Positions 27,691-38,266 of a stretch of 58,104 nucleotides of DNA are shown piece by piece. This DNA is from Novosphingobium sp. (lineage in GTDB: Bacteria; Pseudomonadota; Alphaproteobacteria; Sphingomonadales; Sphingomonadaceae), in contig JANOOJ010000194.1 of assembly GCA_031421295.1 (NCBI GenBank), forward strand, positions 1 through 58,104. The letters are read 5' to 3'. Within the stretch, counting starts at the first letter, position 1. Each line of letters begins with the position of its first letter. The position numbers were made by a program, and so were the translations under genes. The notes under the pieces were generated by a model. The model had not been told where the DNA came from. It worked only from the letters and a program-made list of their open reading frames with translations, and did not search any database.

Positions 27691-29147
27691 TCGGTCCTGC
27701 GGCCACGTATCACCGCGATCATCTGACGCAGATTGTCATCGTGGCGTGACAACCACAACCATGCTCCGCCCGCCAGTGCACAATAGGCCAGGCGCAGTGG
27801 AATCAATTCGACTTGATCGCTGAGCCATACCACCGCGCCGAGCAGCATCACGGCGCGCAGGGCGGTGGCCAGCGTTGCGCGTTCGAGCCGGAAATCGACC
27901 AAGATGCTGCACAGACCGAACGCCAGAACCATGCTGGCCGACATCGCAATGAAATAAGCCACTGCAGCGCCGGTAATCCCGGCGCGGGGGACCAGCCAGA
28001 ATGACAGGCCGACGAACAGCACGAACTGGATGAGGTAGACCGCCGTATAGGGTCGCAACCGGCGGCGGGCCAGAAACTGGGCGAGCAGCGTATCGGCAAG
28101 GACGCGCATCAGTTCAGCCGGAACAAACAGCAACAGCAGCGCGGCCACCGGCAGGAAGGCTTTGCTCAGGATCACCCAGACCACCACTTCGCCGCCTGCC
28201 ATGATCCCCACCATCACTGGCGGCAACAGCAGTAAATAGAACCGCAAGGTGGCATTGACCTCGTCTCGCATCGCCGCATTGTCCTTGCTGCGGGCCAGTG
28301 TCGGCAGGAAATAGCCGATGGTCGTGGCGGTCACCGCCCCGAGGTAGACGCTCGAAATCCGCCAGGCATTGGCAAAATACCCGTTCGCTTCCGCCCCAAA
28401 ACGGTCGATGATCAGCCGCGAGACCAGAATCACGCTCAAATTGACCAGCGCGATGAGGAACAGTCCCGAAGCGCCGAAGCCGATGTTGCTGCGCACCACC
28501 GACCAGTCGAACGCCGACCAGTCGGGGCGCAGCACATCGCCGCCAAGCTCGCGGCGGAGGTAAATCGCGCCGAACGCAAACAGGATCAGGTGGCTCGCCA
28601 TGAAACCGATGATCGCGCCTTGCAGTCCGAGCCATAATACCAGCGCCGCGAAGAGCGCCGCTCCGCCAAGGTCCGAATAAATCTGCGAGCGGACCAGATG
28701 CTTGACCGAGCGGCCCGCCGAAAGCAGCGCGCGATAGATCTGGGCGGTCACCCCGATGGGCACCCCCAGCATCAGCAGCGCGATCAGCGGGGCGTGCTCA
28801 CCCCCATCGTGAAGCAGCCAGTGCGACAGCGGCGCGGCGAAAAGCGCGCCCGCGCCGGCAATCAGCAGCGAGATCCCACCGAGCAGGATCGTGAAGGTCG
28901 AGGCGAGGCGGCGCAGCGCCGCGCGGTCTTCGCCCGCGATGGCTTCGGCACCGTGCTGGACGATGCCGTTGAACGTCCCCAGCCCGCCGCCGACGTTGGC
29001 GAGGTTCCACAACAGGCTGAGCTGGTTGAACACCCCGACCCCGGCCGGCCCGAGCACCAGCGCCGCGAGCTTGCCGCGCAGCAGCTGCGCCGCCATCGAC
29101 ACCGCCGAGGCTCCGGTCAGCGCAGCGAAGGCGCGGGCAAAGCTCAT
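27687..29147 (-). CDS. wzx: Oligosaccharide flippase (Wzx)
   Basis: About 12-14 TMs; LLRGKLAALVLGPAGVG, GYFANAWRISSVYLG, YFLPTL (WzxE-like). Confidence 0.88.
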   Translation of the reverse strand: MSFARAFAALTGASAVSMAAQLLRGKLAALVLGPAGVGVFNQLSLLWNLANVGGGLGTFNGIVQHGAEAIAGEDRAALRRLASTFTILLGGISLLIAGAGALFAAPLSHWLLHDGGEHAPLIALLMLGVPIGVTAQIYRALLSAGRSVKHLVRSQIYSDLGGAALFAALVLWLGLQGAIIGFMASHLILFAFGAIYLRRELGGDVLRPDWSAFDWSVVRSNIGFGASGLFLIALVNLSVILVSRLIIDRFGAEANGYFANAWRISSVYLGAVTATTIGYFLPTLARSKDNAAMRDEVNATLRFYLLLLPPVMVGIMAGGEVVVWVILSKAFLPVAALLLLFVPAELMRVLADTLLAQFLARRRLRPYTAVYLIQFVLFVGLSFWLVPRAGITGAAVAYFIAMSASMVLAFGLCSILVDFRLERATLATALRAVMLLGAVVWLSDQVELIPLRLAYCALAGGAWLWLSRHDDNLRQMIAVIRGRRTD

Positions 29148-30247
29148 GGGGTGCCTGTCAGCAGCTCGGCATAGCGCGCGATCTGGGCCGGGCCGGCGAC
29201 GGCAATCGCCCGGGCGCGCTGGGCCGCCGGGTCGTGCGCGAGGGTCCAGGCGGCGTCGAGCGCACGCGCCAGTGCTGCGGCGTCATTGCAGGGGACCAGC
29301 TGACCGTAGCGGCCCTGCTCGGTCAGCTCGGCGGGGCCGCTCAGGCAATCGGTGCTGACCAGCCGGAGCCCGGCATACATCGCTTCGGCCAGCACCAGCG
29401 GGAAGCCCTCGTAGTCCGACGACAGCGCGAACATGTCCGCCGAAGCGAGATAGGGCCAGGGATCGAGGTCGAAGCCGGGCATCACGACCCGGTCCGCAAT
29501 GCCCAGTTCTGCCGCCAAGGCTTCAAGTCCGCCGCGCAGCGCGCCCTCGCCCAGGATCATCAGCTTGGCCCTTGGGCGTTCGCGGGTTTGGGCAAAGGCG
29601 CGCAGGAGCAGCGCCTGGTTCTTCTGCCCCTTGAGCGAACCGACGTTGAGGATGCGCCCCTCGGCATCGCCCCACAGCGCCTCAACCCTGGCATTGGTCT
29701 TCAGATCCTGCGGCGGCTCGATCGGGTTGGTGATCACTTCGAAGGCCCCGCGCGGCAGGCCCGACAGCTGCATCAGGTCGGTCACCGCATCGGCCGAACA
29801 CATCACCCGCCAATCCGCCTTGGGATAGAAGCGCCGCGTCGACCAGCGCAGGAAGCGCAGTTGCCGCGCGCTGGTCATATGCGGCGACAGCGCGACCTGG
29901 TCGCTGACCATCAGCCGCGCGGGCGATCGCGCCAATCGATGCGCGAGCGTCGCCACTACCGTCATCGGCCACATCTGCGCATGCAGTGCAGCGGGCCGTT
30001 CGCGCCGCAGATAGCGGACCAGCGGCAGCACTGCCGAGCGGATCCGCGCAATGCCCAGATCGAAGACGCGTACTTCGGGCGGCAGCAGCGGCATGAGCTC
30101 GCCTGTGGAGTGCATCACGATCAGATCGACAGCATGCCCGCGCGCGACGAGATCGCGGATCGAGGCGAGCATGACGCGCTCGGCCCCGCCGCCGCCCATA
30201 TCGGGCAGGAAGCAGGCGATCCGTTGGGCGGAACCGGTCTCAATCAT
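29144..30247 (-). CDS. Glycosyltransferase family 4
   Basis: DMGGGGAERV, ITNPI, KNQALLL, SSDYEGFPLVLAEAM, TDCLSGPAE. Confidence 0.92.
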   Translation of the reverse strand: MIETGSAQRIACFLPDMGGGGAERVMLASIRDLVARGHAVDLIVMHSTGELMPLLPPEVRVFDLGIARIRSAVLPLVRYLRRERPAALHAQMWPMTVVATLAHRLARSPARLMVSDQVALSPHMTSARQLRFLRWSTRRFYPKADWRVMCSADAVTDLMQLSGLPRGAFEVITNPIEPPQDLKTNARVEALWGDAEGRILNVGSLKGQKNQALLLRAFAQTRERPRAKLMILGEGALRGGLEALAAELGIADRVVMPGFDLDPWPYLASADMFALSSDYEGFPLVLAEAMYAGLRLVSTDCLSGPAELTEQGRYGQLVPCNDAAALARALDAAWTLAHDPAAQRARAIAVAGPAQIARYAELLTGTP

Positions 30248-31232
30248 GCACGGCACGCTGCTGCCAGGCCCAGGCGGTGGCAATGATCGTGTCGAGATCG
30301 CTCAGCTGCGGTTCCCAGCCGAGCACCGCGCGGGCGCGCGCCGGATCGGCGACCAGCGCGGGTGGATCGCCCGGTCGGCGCGGCCCGAAGCTGTAAGGAA
30401 CTGCGTGACCCGTAACGCGGGCAATCGCGCCGAGCACCTCGCGAATGCTCGCGCCTTGGCCAGTGCCGAGGTTGATACGGTCGGATTCGCCCCCGTCCAG
30501 CAAGTGCCCGAGCGCGAGAACATGCGCTTCGGCGAGATCGGTGACGTGAATATAGTCGCGGATGCAGGTGCCGTCGGGCGTGGCATAGTCCTCGCCGTTC
30601 ACGGTGAGCGCGGGCCGGGTTCCGGCGGCGGCATCCAGCGCGAGCGGGATCAGGTGCGTCTCGGGATCGTGGCGCTCGCCGATTTCACCGCCTGGATCCG
30701 CTCCGGCCGCGTTGAAATAGCGCAGCGCGATCGCCTTGAGGCCGTGGGCATGGTCGAAATCCTCGAGGATCTGCTCGACCATCAGCTTGGAGCGGCCATA
30801 GGGGTTAATCGGGTGCTGCGGCATATCCTCACGGATCGGGGTCGTCACGGGCACGCCATAGGTCGCGCAGGTGCTGGAGAACACCAGCCGCCCGACGCCA
30901 GAATCGCGCATCGCTTGCAGCAGGGTGAGTGCGGCACTGACATTGTTGGTGTAATATTTGCCCGGGTCGGTGACCGATTCGCCGACATAGGCATAGGCCG
31001 CGAAGTGGATAACCGCCGCCGGTTGGTGGCGTTCAAACACCGTATCGAGCCAGCTCCGGTCGGCCAGCTCGCCGCGCTCGAACGGCCCCCAGCGTACCGC
31101 ATCCTCGTGTCCGTAGACGAGGTTGTCGAGCACGACCGGGCGATAACCTGCCGCGCTCAGCGCCTTGCAGCAATGCGCGCCGATATAGCCGGCACCGCCG
31201 GTCACCAGCACGGTCGGGGCTGCGTCGCCCAT
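30240..31232 (-). CDS. galE: UDP-glucose 4-epimerase
   Basis: VTGGAGYIG, HFAAYAYVGES, FSSTCATYG, PYGRSK, LRYFNAAGAD, DGTCIRDYIHV. Confidence 0.95.
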   Translation of the reverse strand: MGDAAPTVLVTGGAGYIGAHCCKALSAAGYRPVVLDNLVYGHEDAVRWGPFERGELADRSWLDTVFERHQPAAVIHFAAYAYVGESVTDPGKYYTNNVSAALTLLQAMRDSGVGRLVFSSTCATYGVPVTTPIREDMPQHPINPYGRSKLMVEQILEDFDHAHGLKAIALRYFNAAGADPGGEIGERHDPETHLIPLALDAAAGTRPALTVNGEDYATPDGTCIRDYIHVTDLAEAHVLALGHLLDGGESDRINLGTGQGASIREVLGAIARVTGHAVPYSFGPRRPGDPPALVADPARARAVLGWEPQLSDLDTIIATAWAWQQRAVHD

Positions 31233-31237
31233 CCTGC

Positions 31238-32197
31238 TCACAGCTCCAGCGTGGACCGGAAGTAGTCGATCGTCCTGACCAGCCCTTCGTCGAGCGCGAT
31301 GCTCGGTTCCCAGTCCAGCTTGGCGCGGGCCAAGGTGATATTCGGCTGGCGTTGCCGGGGATCGTCGGCGGGCAGTGGCAGGGTCACCAGTTCGGACTTC
31401 GCCCCGGTCAGGGCGATGACCTTTTCGGCCAGCTCGCGGATCGTGAATTCGACCGGGTTGCCGATATTGATCGGACCGGTCACTTCTTCGGGACTGTTCA
31501 TCAGCGCGATCAGCCCGCGGACGAGATCATCGACATAGCAGAACGAACGGGTCTGCTGGCCCTCGCCATAGATGGTGATCGGCTCGCCGCGCAGCGCCTG
31601 GACGATGAAGTTGGAGACGACGCGGCCATCGGCCGGATGCATCCGCGGCCCATAGGTGTTGAAGATCCGCGCCACCTTGATCGCCAGGCCGTGCTGACGG
31701 TGATAGTCGAAGAACAGCGTTTCGGCGCAGCGCTTGCCTTCGTCATAGCACGAGCGCGGGCCGATCGGGTTGACGTTGCCCCAATAGTCTTCGGTCTGCG
31801 GATGGACGCTGGGATCGCCGTAGACCTCGCTGGTCGAAGCCTGGAGGATGCGTGCGCCGACCCGCTTGGCCAGCCCCAGCATGTTGATCGCGCCGTGGAC
31901 CGAAGTCTTGGTCGTCTGGACCGGATCGTGCTGATAGTGGATCGGCGAGGCCGGGCAGGCGAGGTTGTAGATCTGATCGACTTCGACGAACAGCGGGAAG
32001 GTCACGTCGTGGCGAATGAACTCGAACCGCGGATTGTCGCGCAGATGGGCAATATTGTCGCGCGTCCCGGTGAAATAATTGTCGGCGCACAGCACATCGT
32101 GGCCTTGCTCGACGAGCCGGTCGATCAAGTGCGAGCCCAGAAAGCCCGCCCCGCCAGTGACCAGCACGCGCTGGCGGCTACCATATGTTCGGCTCAC
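31238..32197 (-). CDS. UDP-glucuronate decarboxylase (UDP-xylose synthase)
   Basis: [62 protein letters not shown]; GTG start 32197. Confidence 0.93.
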   Translation of the reverse strand: MSRTYGSRQRVLVTGGAGFLGSHLIDRLVEQGHDVLCADNYFTGTRDNIAHLRDNPRFEFIRHDVTFPLFVEVDQIYNLACPASPIHYQHDPVQTTKTSVHGAINMLGLAKRVGARILQASTSEVYGDPSVHPQTEDYWGNVNPIGPRSCYDEGKRCAETLFFDYHRQHGLAIKVARIFNTYGPRMHPADGRVVSNFIVQALRGEPITIYGEGQQTRSFCYVDDLVRGLIALMNSPEEVTGPINIGNPVEFTIRELAEKVIALTGAKSELVTLPLPADDPRQRQPNITLARAKLDWEPSIALDEGLVRTIDYFRSTLEL

Positions 32198-32457
32198 TGA
32201 ATCTCTACCCTTTCGACGCCTGTCCAGCTGCCCGGCCCGGCCCGGCCCGGCAAATGCCTGAATTGTCAGGGCCGGGCAGGGAAAGCAACGGCGGACCTGA
32301 TAAGGACGATAGGCGTCACTGGCCAGTCCCCAATTACGGCCTTGGCAATAAGCGGAAATTTGCGCAGTGCCCACGAATCCGGTTGCTTGCCAATCGCCGA
32401 TCCCATAGCGCCGGGGCCATTCCGTTCCCCACCGCTTAGCCGCTCGCGGAGTCCGAA

Positions 32458-33363
32458 TTGGCATCGAGACACTCGAATTCCAGCACCGCGTTATCGCCAG
32501 TCCGCGACTGCCCCTATTGCGGCGGTGCCGCTGCTGGTGCCGCATTCCCCTATGCCAGCCGCTTCGCCGGTGAGGACTTCGGCTATTTCGCCTGTTCGCG
32601 CTGCGACACCCGCTACATCGATCCGGTCCCCAGCCCGCGCGTATTCGAGCAAATCTACGCGCCGGGCGACTATCACGATGTGTTCTACGATGGCGACGGA
32701 CAAAGCGCCTATCGCGAGACCGCCGAAAAGCTCGCCGCAAAGCTGGCCCCGAACGCGCGCGTGTTCGATTATGGCTGCGGCTCGGGCCACTTCATCGCCG
32801 CGCTCAAGGAGCGCGGGATCGCAGCGAGCGGCGGGGAGTTCTCCGCCGCAGCGGCAGCCAGTGCGGCAGAGCGGTGCGGCGCTGAGGTGTTCGACCTGTC
32901 AGGGCCGGACTGGCAGGACGCTGGCCCGTGGGACTGCATCCATCTGGGCGATGTCATCGAACATTTGCCCGATCCCGGCGTAACGCTGAACGCGATCCTG
33001 GGCCAGCTTGCCCCCGGCGGACTGCTCTCGGCCGAGGGTCCACTCGAGGCCAATCGCTCGCTGGTCTATGGCGCGGCCGCGCTGTTTGGCTGGGCCAAGC
33101 AGCAACGCACCGCCGCGCCGCCCGAATTTCCGCCCTATCACCTGATTTTTACTTCGGCACAGGCGCAGCGGGCCTTCTTTGCCCGGCTCGATGCGCCGCT
33201 GACCGAACTCTACTGGGAAATGCATGAGACCGGCTGGCCCTATCGCCGCAACGGCGCGGTGCGCAATGCCATCGCGCAGGCCTCGATCGCGGTGAGCCGC
33301 TTGCCGCTGGTCGGCCGGGGCTTCGGCAACCGCTTTCGCGCGCTTTACCGGCGCGAGGGCTAG
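32458..33363 (+). CDS. Class I SAM-dependent methyltransferase with N-terminal CxxC..CxxC
   Basis: [31 protein letters not shown]. Start approximate. Confidence 0.87.
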   Translation: MASRHSNSSTALSPVRDCPYCGGAAAGAAFPYASRFAGEDFGYFACSRCDTRYIDPVPSPRVFEQIYAPGDYHDVFYDGDGQSAYRETAEKLAAKLAPNARVFDYGCGSGHFIAALKERGIAASGGEFSAAAAASAAERCGAEVFDLSGPDWQDAGPWDCIHLGDVIEHLPDPGVTLNAILGQLAPGGLLSAEGPLEANRSLVYGAAALFGWAKQQRTAAPPEFPPYHLIFTSAQAQRAFFARLDAPLTELYWEMHETGWPYRRNGAVRNAIAQASIAVSRLPLVGRGFGNRFRALYRREG

Positions 33364-33366
33364 GCG

Positions 33367-35349
33367 ATGTGCGGTATTGCCGGGCTGCTCAACAGCCGCA
33401 CCCCCGTCACCACCGAGCTGCTGCGCGCCATGACTGACCGGATCCTGCCGCGCGGGCCGGATTCGTCGGGCGAATGGCTGGGCGATGGCGGCACTATCGG
33501 CTTCGGCCATCGCCGCCTGGCGATCATCGACCTGACTGCGGCGGGCCACCAGCCGATGGCTTCGTCCGACGGGCGCTATACCGTCACCTACAATGGCGAA
33601 ATCTACAACTTCATGGAGCTCCGCGCCGCGCTCGAGGCCGAGGGCGAGGCGCCCGAGTGGCGCGGCCACTCGGATACCGAGGTCATGCTCGCGGCGATCG
33701 CCGCATGGGGCGTCGAAGCTGCGCTGGGGCGCCTCTCGGGCATGTTCGCGCTGGCGCTGTGGGACCGCGACCGGCGCGAACTGACGCTGGCGCGCGACCG
33801 CTTTGGTGAAAAGCCGCTCTATTATGGCTGGACGGCAGCTGGGTTCGCCTTCGCCTCGACGCTCGGCCCGCTCCAGGCCACCCCCGGCTTTGGCAATCCG
33901 GTTGACCGCCAAGCCCTCGCCTGCCTGATGGCGCGCGCCTATGTCCCCGCCCCGCTCAGCATCCATCGCGGGATTTTCAAGCTGCCCCCCGGCTGCCTGC
34001 TGACCTTGCCCGCCGACGCCGACCGGACCCCGCTAACCGAACCGCCGGTGGAAGGGGCCAGCGGCCCGATCCGCCTCACGCGCTATTTCGATTATGCCGA
34101 ACAGGTGCTGGCCGGTGCGGCCGATCCGATCGACGATCACGGCGAAGCGCTCGCCGCGCTTGAGGATGTGCTCGGCGCGGCGGTCAAGCGCCAGCTGGTG
34201 GCCGACGTGCCGGTGGGCACGTTCCTGTCGGGTGGGATCGATTCGTCGCTGATCACCGCGCTGGCCCAGAGACACGTCTCGCGTCCGATCCGTACCTTCA
34301 CCATCGGCTTCGAGGAGGCCGAGTTCAACGAAGCGGTCTATGCCAAGGATGTCGCGCGCGCGCTCGGCACCGAGCATACCGAGCTTTACGTGACCGCGCA
34401 GGATTCGCTCGAACTCATCCCGCAGCTGCCCGCGATGTATGACGAGCCCTTCGCGGATTCATCGCAGCTGCCGACGCATCTGGTATCAAAACTGGCGCGC
34501 AGCCAGGTCACCGTCTCGCTGTCGGGCGATGCGGGGGACGAGTTGTTCGGCGGCTACAACCGCCACATCCAGTTCCCGAAGCTGTGGCGGCGGATGCAGG
34601 CCCTGCCCGCGCCGCTGCAACAGGCCGTGCTGCGAACTGCGGGAGCAGTCCCCGCAGGTGTGTGGAACGGACTGTCCGATCTGGTCCGACGGCGTCGTTC
34701 GAGCCAGTTCGGGCGCAATGCCCGGCGCGGGATCAAGGTCATGGCCGGGGCCACCAGCTTCGATGGCCTGTTCGACACTTTCCTCGACGATTGGGCGACG
34801 CAATGCTCACCGCTGGCGGGCGGCCTGCGCTGCCACCAGCGGCTGCACACCGACCCACGCCTCGCCGCGCTGCCGCTCGAAGTGCAGATGATGCACGCCG
34901 ATGCGGTGACCTATCTGCCCGACGATATTCTCGCCAAGGTCGATCGCGCGGGGATGGCGGTGAGCCTTGAATCGCGCATCCCGTTCCTCGATCCGGCGGT
35001 GACCGGTCTCGCCGCGCGGATTTCACCATCGCTCAAATTTGCCGGAGGCGGCGGCAAGGCGATCCTCAAGGGCTTGCTGTCCCGCCATGTCCCGCGCGCG
35101 TTGATCGACCGGCCCAAGGCGGGCTTTGCAATTCCCGTCGGCCTGTGGCTGCGCGGGCCGTTGCGCGACTGGGCCGAAGACTTGCTCTCCCCCGCAGCGC
35201 TGGGAGCGGACGGCCTGTTCGACACCGCAGTCATCCGCAATCGCTGGGATGCGCACCTCGCCGGACGCGAGGACGCCACCCAGCCGCTATGGAGTGTGCT
35301 GATGTTTCAGGCTTGGCAGCGCAGTCGGCTCAGCGCTTCTGGAGGATAA
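33367..35349 (+). CDS. asnB: Asparagine synthase (glutamine-hydrolysing)-like amidotransferase
   Basis: MCGIAG N-terminal nucleophile, RRLAIIDL, YNGEIYN, FLSGGIDSS, LSGDAGDELFGGY, KVDRAGMAVSLESRIPFLD. Confidence 0.93.
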   Translation: MCGIAGLLNSRTPVTTELLRAMTDRILPRGPDSSGEWLGDGGTIGFGHRRLAIIDLTAAGHQPMASSDGRYTVTYNGEIYNFMELRAALEAEGEAPEWRGHSDTEVMLAAIAAWGVEAALGRLSGMFALALWDRDRRELTLARDRFGEKPLYYGWTAAGFAFASTLGPLQATPGFGNPVDRQALACLMARAYVPAPLSIHRGIFKLPPGCLLTLPADADRTPLTEPPVEGASGPIRLTRYFDYAEQVLAGAADPIDDHGEALAALEDVLGAAVKRQLVADVPVGTFLSGGIDSSLITALAQRHVSRPIRTFTIGFEEAEFNEAVYAKDVARALGTEHTELYVTAQDSLELIPQLPAMYDEPFADSSQLPTHLVSKLARSQVTVSLSGDAGDELFGGYNRHIQFPKLWRRMQALPAPLQQAVLRTAGAVPAGVWNGLSDLVRRRRSSQFGRNARRGIKVMAGATSFDGLFDTFLDDWATQCSPLAGGLRCHQRLHTDPRLAALPLEVQMMHADAVTYLPDDILAKVDRAGMAVSLESRIPFLDPAVTGLAARISPSLKFAGGGGKAILKGLLSRHVPRALIDRPKAGFAIPVGLWLRGPLRDWAEDLLSPAALGADGLFDTAVIRNRWDAHLAGREDATQPLWSVLMFQAWQRSRLSASGG

Positions 35350-36238
35350 GGTTAAGCATCAGGCTGCGCTTCGATCCGGCCATGAACGGACGCAGCACTC
35401 GCTGCAGGGTCGCAGGAAGCGTTGGATCGGTCCCGACCATCGTCTCCAGCGAGTGTAACCGATACCCGAGGCGCTCACCGTTGCGTTCAAAGCTTTCGGG
35501 CGTGAATTCGTAGAGGTGGAACGGGCTGTGCATCGGGCTAACGTGCGTGACGTAATTGGTGCCCTTGAGCCGGAAATAGCGATTGAGCAGCCGTGCGATC
35601 AGCCAGTCGGCCGACGGTACCTCGAGCACGATCAACCCGCCGGGACGCAACCAGGCCAGTGCCTTTTCCAGCGATCCGGACGGATCGTAAAGATGCTCAA
35701 GCACTGCGCCGAAATTGATCAGGTCGAACGATTCGGACGGATAATCGGCACCCTCGATTCCGCAGGCCTCGACCCGGTCTTCGCCCAGACCGAGCGTGCG
35801 CAGGGCAATCGCGCGGAACTGCGGGATTGGCTCGAACCCGTAAAACTCGAACCCCGCCGCGATCATCGCCTGCGCGGTGAAGCCCGAGCCGACCCCGACA
35901 TCGAGCGCGACAGGTGCGCCCTCGACCCCGAACTTGGCGCGCAGGTCTTGCCAGTGCGCCAGCGAAGCGGGAGACATCTGCGGGTCGGAGCGCCCATCCT
36001 GCCAGTAATCCTCACCTGACATGGCGTAGTGATCCTGGATCGACGTCGGGACCGGCTGCGGATCGGGAAACACCAGCCCGCACCCGGTGCAACGCACGAT
36101 AGTCACTCCGGCACCGCGCACATTGCGCGGATCGCGCCCCTGCGAACGATTGAGCCGCATCCCGAGCACCCGGAAGCGATCTGCGGGCGCAGCGCACATA
36201 TTGCACTGCGCGACCGGATCGAAGCGATAGGTGCTCAT
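35330..36238 (-). CDS. Class I SAM-dependent methyltransferase with N-terminal CxxC..CxxC
   Basis: CNMC/CTGC, LDVGVGSG, AVLEHLYDP, LRPGG, SPFHLYEF. Confidence 0.87.
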   Translation of the reverse strand: MSTYRFDPVAQCNMCAAPADRFRVLGMRLNRSQGRDPRNVRGAGVTIVRCTGCGLVFPDPQPVPTSIQDHYAMSGEDYWQDGRSDPQMSPASLAHWQDLRAKFGVEGAPVALDVGVGSGFTAQAMIAAGFEFYGFEPIPQFRAIALRTLGLGEDRVEACGIEGADYPSESFDLINFGAVLEHLYDPSGSLEKALAWLRPGGLIVLEVPSADWLIARLLNRYFRLKGTNYVTHVSPMHSPFHLYEFTPESFERNGERLGYRLHSLETMVGTDPTLPATLQRVLRPFMAGSKRSLMLNLILQKR

Positions 36239-36245
36239 GCCCGGT

Positions 36246-37145
36246 TCAATCGAGGTAACCCACATAATATTCTGCCAGATACTCATCGAGGCACACCCGC
36301 CAGTCGCGCATCACATTGATCCCGCGCAGGTCGAGTTTCCTGGTCAGCAGCCTTTCGGAAGGCGGACGCGGGGCGAAATACTCCTGCGCGAAATAGTCCG
36401 AGGAGACCGGGCTGACCGTAATCTCATCGGCCTTGCCAAGCGCCTGCACCAGATACTGCGCCACTTCGAGCCGGCTGGTCACGCCTTGGCAGACCATGTT
36501 GTAGAGGCCCCAGTATTCGTGGTCGATCAGCGCCGCGACCTGCTGCGCGAAATCGCGCGTGTAGGTGGGGGTGCCGAGCTTGTCGTCGACCACCTTGAGC
36601 TCTGTGGCTCCGGCCTTGAGCTGCGCCATCAGTTTCTGGATGAACTTCTTGTCCTTGGCCGGTCCCGCCCCCATCATCCATCCGGCGCGGCACACGAGGT
36701 AGCGCGTCGCATGCTCGACCACGAAGCGCTCGCCCATGTATTTGGAACGCGCATAATGGCCCAGCGGATTGGGCTGGTCCCAATCGTCGTAGGTTTCTTG
36801 GCACCCATCGAAAATGCCCGCAGTACTGATGTAGAGCAGCGGGATGCCAAGCTTGTTGGCGATCCACACCGCGTTCTCCACCGCCAAGGTGTTGGTGGCA
36901 TAGGCATCGTCAATTTCCTGCTCGCACAGCTCGAGGCTGGTGTGCGCGCCGATGTGGAAGAGATAACCGGGCGCGAAGGCTTCGACCTGGCGGACATATT
37001 CGTCGCGGTCGCGGAAATCGAGGAACGACAGCCAATCGGCGTTGACGTCCTTGTCGGTGCAGTACAGCGCGTGGCTGTCCTTGAAGACATGGTGGAACGC
37101 TTCGCCCAGCATTCCGCCGACCCCGGCCATGAAAATCTTCGCCAT
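36246..37145 (-). CDS. RmlD-like NDP-4-keto-6-deoxysugar reductase
   Basis: GVGGMLG, YISTAGIFDG, PNPLGHYARSKYMGE, VDDKLGTPTY, APRP. Confidence 0.87.
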   Translation of the reverse strand: MAKIFMAGVGGMLGEAFHHVFKDSHALYCTDKDVNADWLSFLDFRDRDEYVRQVEAFAPGYLFHIGAHTSLELCEQEIDDAYATNTLAVENAVWIANKLGIPLLYISTAGIFDGCQETYDDWDQPNPLGHYARSKYMGERFVVEHATRYLVCRAGWMMGAGPAKDKKFIQKLMAQLKAGATELKVVDDKLGTPTYTRDFAQQVAALIDHEYWGLYNMVCQGVTSRLEVAQYLVQALGKADEITVSPVSSDYFAQEYFAPRPPSERLLTRKLDLRGINVMRDWRVCLDEYLAEYYVGYLD

Positions 37146-37147
37146 TG

Positions 37148-38266
37148 CTAACCTTCGCTTTGAATCTGGATTGCGGCGTTGTCGATAACGCTGCGGTACT
37201 GACCGGCAATAGCCGCCAGCGAATATTTTGCCACCGCATCGCGCCGCGCCGCTTCACCCAGCCTGCGGCGTAGCGCGGGATCGCCAATCAAGCGTTCGAG
37301 CGCAGCCTCCCATTCGGCCTCGGTCTTGACCAGCCGGCCGTTCTGATCGTCGCGGATCAGCAGAGGCGTGGTGCCGACTTCGGTCGCGACGCAGGGCAGG
37401 GCGAAGGCCATGTACTGGATCGCTTTGAGCCCCGATTTGCCCAGCACCCAGGCATCGATCGGCAGCGGATAGACCCCGATGTCGAGCGCCTGAAGCTGCG
37501 CGACTTCCTCAGCCGCGTTCCAGCGGATGACTTCGAGATCGACCCCGGGCAGCTCGTAATCGAAATTGCCGATCACCCGTAGCTTGAACGGGACTTTTGC
37601 GGCGAGCCGCTGGAATACGCCGCGCAGCAGGTCGAGATAGACTTTGGAGCTGAACGTGCCGGTCCAGCCCACCACCACCGGCTGATCGTTGCTGTAGCGG
37701 GTCACGGGCTGGAACCGCTCGGTATCGATCGACGAAGAAATGTAGGTGCAGGCCCGTTTTACGTTAATTTTCAAACAGAAATCGTTGAGGAACGGCGAAC
37801 TGGTGATCACATGGTCGGCGGTGCGGATGAGGAACCGCGCCTTGCTCGCGCCTTTGAAGAACCGCGCAATCGGGTTGGGATTGTCCGCCGCGCCGCCCTG
37901 CTGCTGCCCCAGAATATTGTCCTCGACGTCATAGACCAAGGCCCTGGCCTGGCCCCGGACCAGCCGCTCGGACAGCGAGGTACCGAACGGCGTGACCCAC
38001 ATGAAGACATAGACCAGATCGTAGCGATGGACCCGGAACAGGTCGCGGATGCGGCGCAAATGGCCCCGCACCACGCCCAGAGCCTTGGCGACCAGATGGC
38101 CCGGCTCCCAAACCACGTCCCACACCGCCCGGTCCATGAAGCTCGAGACCTCGATCTCCCAGCCCGCCGCGCGCCAGTCGCCGAAATACTGCTCATATTT
38201 AAGCCGCTGCCCCGCGGCGACGCCCTGCGGATAGGGGCAGAGCACGAGCATGCGCTTTTGCGTCAT
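37148..38266 (-). CDS. Glycosyltransferase family 4
   Basis: AGQRLKYEQY, VGWTGT, DIGVYPL, GKSGLKAIQYMAFALP. Confidence 0.9.
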   Translation of the reverse strand: MTQKRMLVLCPYPQGVAAGQRLKYEQYFGDWRAAGWEIEVSSFMDRAVWDVVWEPGHLVAKALGVVRGHLRRIRDLFRVHRYDLVYVFMWVTPFGTSLSERLVRGQARALVYDVEDNILGQQQGGAADNPNPIARFFKGASKARFLIRTADHVITSSPFLNDFCLKINVKRACTYISSSIDTERFQPVTRYSNDQPVVVGWTGTFSSKVYLDLLRGVFQRLAAKVPFKLRVIGNFDYELPGVDLEVIRWNAAEEVAQLQALDIGVYPLPIDAWVLGKSGLKAIQYMAFALPCVATEVGTTPLLIRDDQNGRLVKTEAEWEAALERLIGDPALRRRLGEAARRDAVAKYSLAAIAGQYRSVIDNAAIQIQSEG

